From Curvularia clavata (lineage: Eukaryota): DNA of 64,000 bases. The notes beneath the pieces were generated by a model. The model was not told where the DNA came from, did not search any database, and was given only the letters and a program-made list of their open reading frames with translations. Positions 60,110 to 64,000 of this stretch are shown here, piece by piece (within the stretch, counting starts at the first letter, position 1; each line of letters starts with the position of its first letter). Made by a program: the position numbers and the translations under genes. The DNA is taken from contig CP089276.1 in NCBI GenBank assembly GCA_023920165.1, positions 310,001 through 374,000 on the forward strand, in the 5' to 3' direction.

Positions 60110-61681
60110 ATGGCTCTGAGGCGCTCAGCACGCGTCGCAAGCACCAGTGTACCACCAGAAATAGGCAAAGGTAGCCAAAGTGGTGTTGCCAAGTATGAAA
60201 AAGCTGAGAAATCCAATGCGACGAAGAAGCGCAAGTCCACAAAAGCCACGCCTAAATCGCAACCATCGGGCAATACAACCAAAAATACCAGGACTAAAAT
60301 GAATAACGATGAGACTGCGGGTCAATCAGACCCGGAAATCACTCCTCCATCCGCGCCTACAACACCTCTTCCCAAGAAGCGCAAAATGAAATCGACCTTG
60401 GATTCACCTACCAACCCTCCACCTTTTACACCCACTCCTTCGACCGTCACGCTTCTAGCGAAGGGAGGGACGAATCTTGATCACCCATTGGACGATATGT
60501 CCAACCTTCAACCCCGCCCAGCAGAACCGCATGCCACGAATGCGCCGCTGGCAACCCCCAATGGTTCTCACACGGTACAAGCCTATGCGTCCTCACCTGT
60601 TAAACCCGAAGACGCAACTCCAGCCCGGAAGCGCAAAGCCAAGGAACTTGTACCTCCAGACGTCGGTGCCATTCCCAGCGCAAGCACCGACATCGATCGG
60701 TTGCTGAAAGACGCAGAAGCTCACTTGGTGAGCATAGATCCCAAGTTGCAATCGCTGGTCGAGAAACACCATTGTAAGATCTTTAGTCCAGAAGGATTGA
60801 GAGAAGTCGTGGATCCGTTCACGGCATTGAGTTCGGGGATTATTGGCCAACAGGTATGTTATACCGTACTCATTCCCACCCAAGCAAATTGCAAAATGAT
60901 GAGTGTGTTCATCTGGATCAAAAGCGCAAGAAAAGGCAGAATCTGTAGCTGACACATGTCTGTTGATTCTAGGTCTCGGGCCAAGCCGCAGCCTCCATCC
61001 GTTCAAAATTCACAGCCCTCTTCCCCTCCACTCACCCTTCCTTCCCCTCCCCATCTCAAGTCCTCGCTCTCTCCATACCCACACTGCGCACAGCAGGCCT
61101 ATCCCAGCGCAAAGCCGAATACATCTACGGACTTGCTGAGAAATTTGCCTCAGGCGAACTATCTGCCGAGATGCTAGTCAGCGCCAGTGACGAAGAGCTG
61201 ATTGAGAAGCTGGTTGCGGTACGGGGACTGGGGAGGTGGAGTGTCGAGATGTTTGCGTGTTTTGGGTTGAAACGAATGGATGTTTTTAGCACGGGGGATT
61301 TAGGCGTACAGTAAGCCTTTTGCTATCAACATGGTTCGAAAGGGAAGTCGCTGACATAGATGTTTGCAGACGCGGTATGGCCCTCTACGCCGGCCGCGAC
61401 GTAAGCAAACTCAAGAACAAAGGCGGAAAGTGGAAGTACGTATCCTCGTTGTCGTTCAAGCGCCAAACCCCACCATCCCACTAACACATGCATGACAGAT
61501 ACATGAGCGAGCAAGATATGCTATCTATAGCTGCCAAATTCTCGCCTTACAGGTACGTGTCTGATATTACTTCTTCCCGCAAGCCCCAATAGCTAACACT
61601 TTTTTCCCTTGCAGATCACTCTTCATGTGGTATATGTGGCGAATAGGCGATGTTGACGTTAGTGTTATGCAAAAGTCGTGA
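60110..61681 (+). CDS. MAG1: DNA-3-methyladenine glycosylase (AlkA/Mag1, HhH-GPD) with disordered N-terminus; four introns
   Basis: DPFTALSSGIIGQQ|VSGQAAASIR...LRTAGLSQRKAEYI...LVAVRGLGRWSVEMFACFGLKRMDVFSTGDLGVQ|RG...FSPYR|SLFMWYMWR. Confidence 0.92.
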
Positions 61682-64000
61682 TTGAACTGGGCATATGCAG
61701 TCCGTCTATGTTGGATCCAATTTAGACAGGGGAGATATGCATAGTATGTAGTTTTACAGATGACATTTGTTTCCTATGCCTTTGTTTCCTGCCATTATGC
61801 CTTATTTTTGGTGTGAGATATCGTGGAAAATGTGATTGTACGCCTATATGGTCTTTCCGATCCACAGATAGATCCACGTGGGGTGACATTTGTACCCGAA
61901 AAAAAAAAACATCGGATCGTGCATAGAGATTTGTGGAGAAGTAGCGTTCCTGACGTGCGTATGATGTGCAGAGTTGTGGGTTCCCTGCAGATCGTCCCCG
62001 TATCTCTATAGAGGACAAAAGCGTTTGGTTGCGCAAGATGGTGTGTTCAGAGTTGGTGATCAGCAGCGAGGTTGTTCGTCTGGTGTGATGGGGATCTCCC
62101 CACCGTGGCACTTAGAGTTTGGCGAGGACAGGACAGGATGACTGGTATCCGTATCGACCTAGTTGTTTGTATTCGGGACATATGACGATACCCATCTACA
62201 TATGTCGTTTCATCTACGAAAAAGGTACACGAATATGATGCGCAGGACCCGGGTGTTTGCGCTTTCGGACCAAAAGCTATTTCGTGTATGGATGAATATT
62301 CCCTATTTGGAGTAGGGAGAAATATCATTCACCACTAGCAGCGCCACTGACGACGCATCTGGCGGGAATTAGTAGGTTTGAATCGCAACAGAATTAGTAG
62401 ATGAGATTTGCGAAAGACATGGTAAGCGAAATGACCCAAACCAACCTCGATAACGTCAGCGTGAGCATGAGCCGCACTAGCGGTAGGAGACAGGGGTGTC
62501 TGGATAGTTTGGTCAAACTCTTTATATTGGTATGAGATTCAGACACTGGGATGGTTGAAATCTGATGGGTGTTCTTGTTGGCATTTTTGTACGGTATAGA
62601 CATCTTGTTCAAGAACCATCTCTCGAAAAAGCATTACTAGGTGAGAGGTGCTGAATCTAGCCGTACCAAGCCGTATTATGGCTTACTTACAGCTTAGGTC
62701 TCTTCGTAAAGCTTATTTGTGACTGCTCTGTTGAAACGTGCATGCATTTGTGGAGGACGAGTCTGAACAAAAGCTGAGCACAAAGCAAAGCTTTGGTCGA
62801 AGCAGTCGGTGATGACGATCCTTGGGCGAGCGCAACTTCCCAGAGCTGCTACCGCCAACTAATGGACAAGACTAGTGTTGTGTAGAGCTGCAGGTACTGC
62901 TAGAGCAAGCAAGTTGTTGAGTATAATATGCACAGCCATGCATCTAGGCCTTGGCGTAAAAGAATTAGGAAGCAACATGTTGATTACTTGTACAGACACC
63001 TAGACTTGGATAGCCACAGAGTGTCTGGCGAGGAGCCACTTTTGATATTAAGGGTGCTTCAGCAGCGTCATCTTTGCCAACATGAACACGGCCGTGCGGC
63101 TCACTGTGGATGCAACGCAGATTACGGGGAAACAGCATCGAGAGAAGCCTGTGGGAGGGTGAGGGTGGGCGCATTTGGGAAAGAAGTTTGTTGGCGGGCC
63201 CGTGTCCATGGAAGCGGTGTCGTGGGTTACTACTTGGTTGCTTTATTCTGGTTGAATATGCAGAACGACGGGGAGAAAGCCTGGAATGTTGAAGCGGAGG
63301 AAATGCGGTGTCCAAACAAAAGCAATGTCGCCTTGGCCAGGCCGGCTACCAGTTTGGTGGCCGACTTGGCGGTTCTAGAAGAACTTGGGCGTTGAAACAA
63401 GATGCTTGCAGTGTCGATGTCATCACTGTCTGGCGTTTCACATGGCAGTGGATACGAAGCAGCACAGCGCGTGGGCTGATGGCAAAAAGATGGGGCCCAG
63501 TATGGGAAATGAGACATCAATCAATGCGGGCCACATAGTTTCCTTGGCAGACGCTGGCGAGGCTGTTCCTCGGGGGGAGCAATCGATAAGCGAGCGGGCG
63601 CAGTCGTGGGCATTGAACAGGTTCCTGGGGAAGGGAATGAGGCTGCAGGCCTGGATGACGCGCGTGGGCACGGGAAGGGTAAAGGAGGCGGGCGCATGAT
63701 AGCGCAAAGCAACAGGAGCGCCCGAAGCGGCGAGCAGGTTGTGTAAATAGCAGCTCTGTTTTGTTGACAGGAATATTGGTGTTGAGCCGGGGTGGAGATT
63801 ACAACGGGCGCGCTAACCGCATGTGGCGGCGGATGTAACCGAATTGGAACGATTGGAGAGCAACGCGCGACAGCGGCCAGGGGTAGCTTGTCTAGTCGAG
63901 GCCGCGCAAGCAACAGTTGCTTGTTGCGTTTTGGGTCAGGGTGCATGGTGGCAAGACAAGATTCCGGCCGCTGTTGAATACTACTACTACTAGACTACAC

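Noticed and set aside
60896..60951. ATGATGA...CTGA inside the first MAG1 intron as a possible C/D snoRNA
   Set aside because: Only ~56 nt long, the CTGA is the intron's own branch point (GCTGAC), and there is no terminal stem.
61700..64000. Short ORFs at the right end of the window
   Set aside because: No family motifs; probably intergenic or the promoter of a gene beyond the window.
1..64000. Transposons, telomerase RNA template, TPP riboswitch, CRISPR array, secondary-metabolite cluster
   Set aside because: I saw no transposase or RT motifs, LTR/TIR pairs, TAACCCTAA template, TPP aptamer core, spaced direct-repeat arrays or PKS/NRPS genes by eye; degenerate copies could have been missed.

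Overview
Eukaryotic, intron-containing DNA from a filamentous ascomycete. Short GT-AG introns with CTRAC branch points and the gene content suggest a Dothideomycete (inference). The window begins with the 5' end of an SH3-domain Ras-GEF-like gene on the minus strand, which the ORF track misses because it runs off the edge. A ~10 kb gene-poor stretch with possible decayed genes follows. The rest is a gene-dense block: PSF2, ALG10/DIE2, VTC1, Tctex-1 dynein light chain, MetR/CYS-3 bZIP, CHL4/CENP-N, a SUR7/PalI-family protein, YPI1, DAD2, shugoshin, a HET-domain protein, an intron-containing tRNA-Pro(CGG), CRZ1, PalA/RIM20, ATX1, a DJ-1/PfpI-like protein, a mitochondrial NAD+-carrier-like protein, QCR7, a MAG1-like glycosylase and several hypothetical proteins. 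I recognised no transposon, CRISPR array or secondary-metabolite cluster. The most interesting signals are at the RNA-processing level: a structured long intron hiding a candidate 6-nt micro-exon, an in-frame ATG at the branch point of the long metR intron, an obligatory GAG acceptor in palA, a cryptic PTS1 behind the ATX1 stop, and a duplication with a 31-bp micro-inversion behind the tRNA. The HET protein also has a hexapeptide-repeat tail. All gene models and splice sites were read by eye; family calls come from recalled motifs, not database searches.
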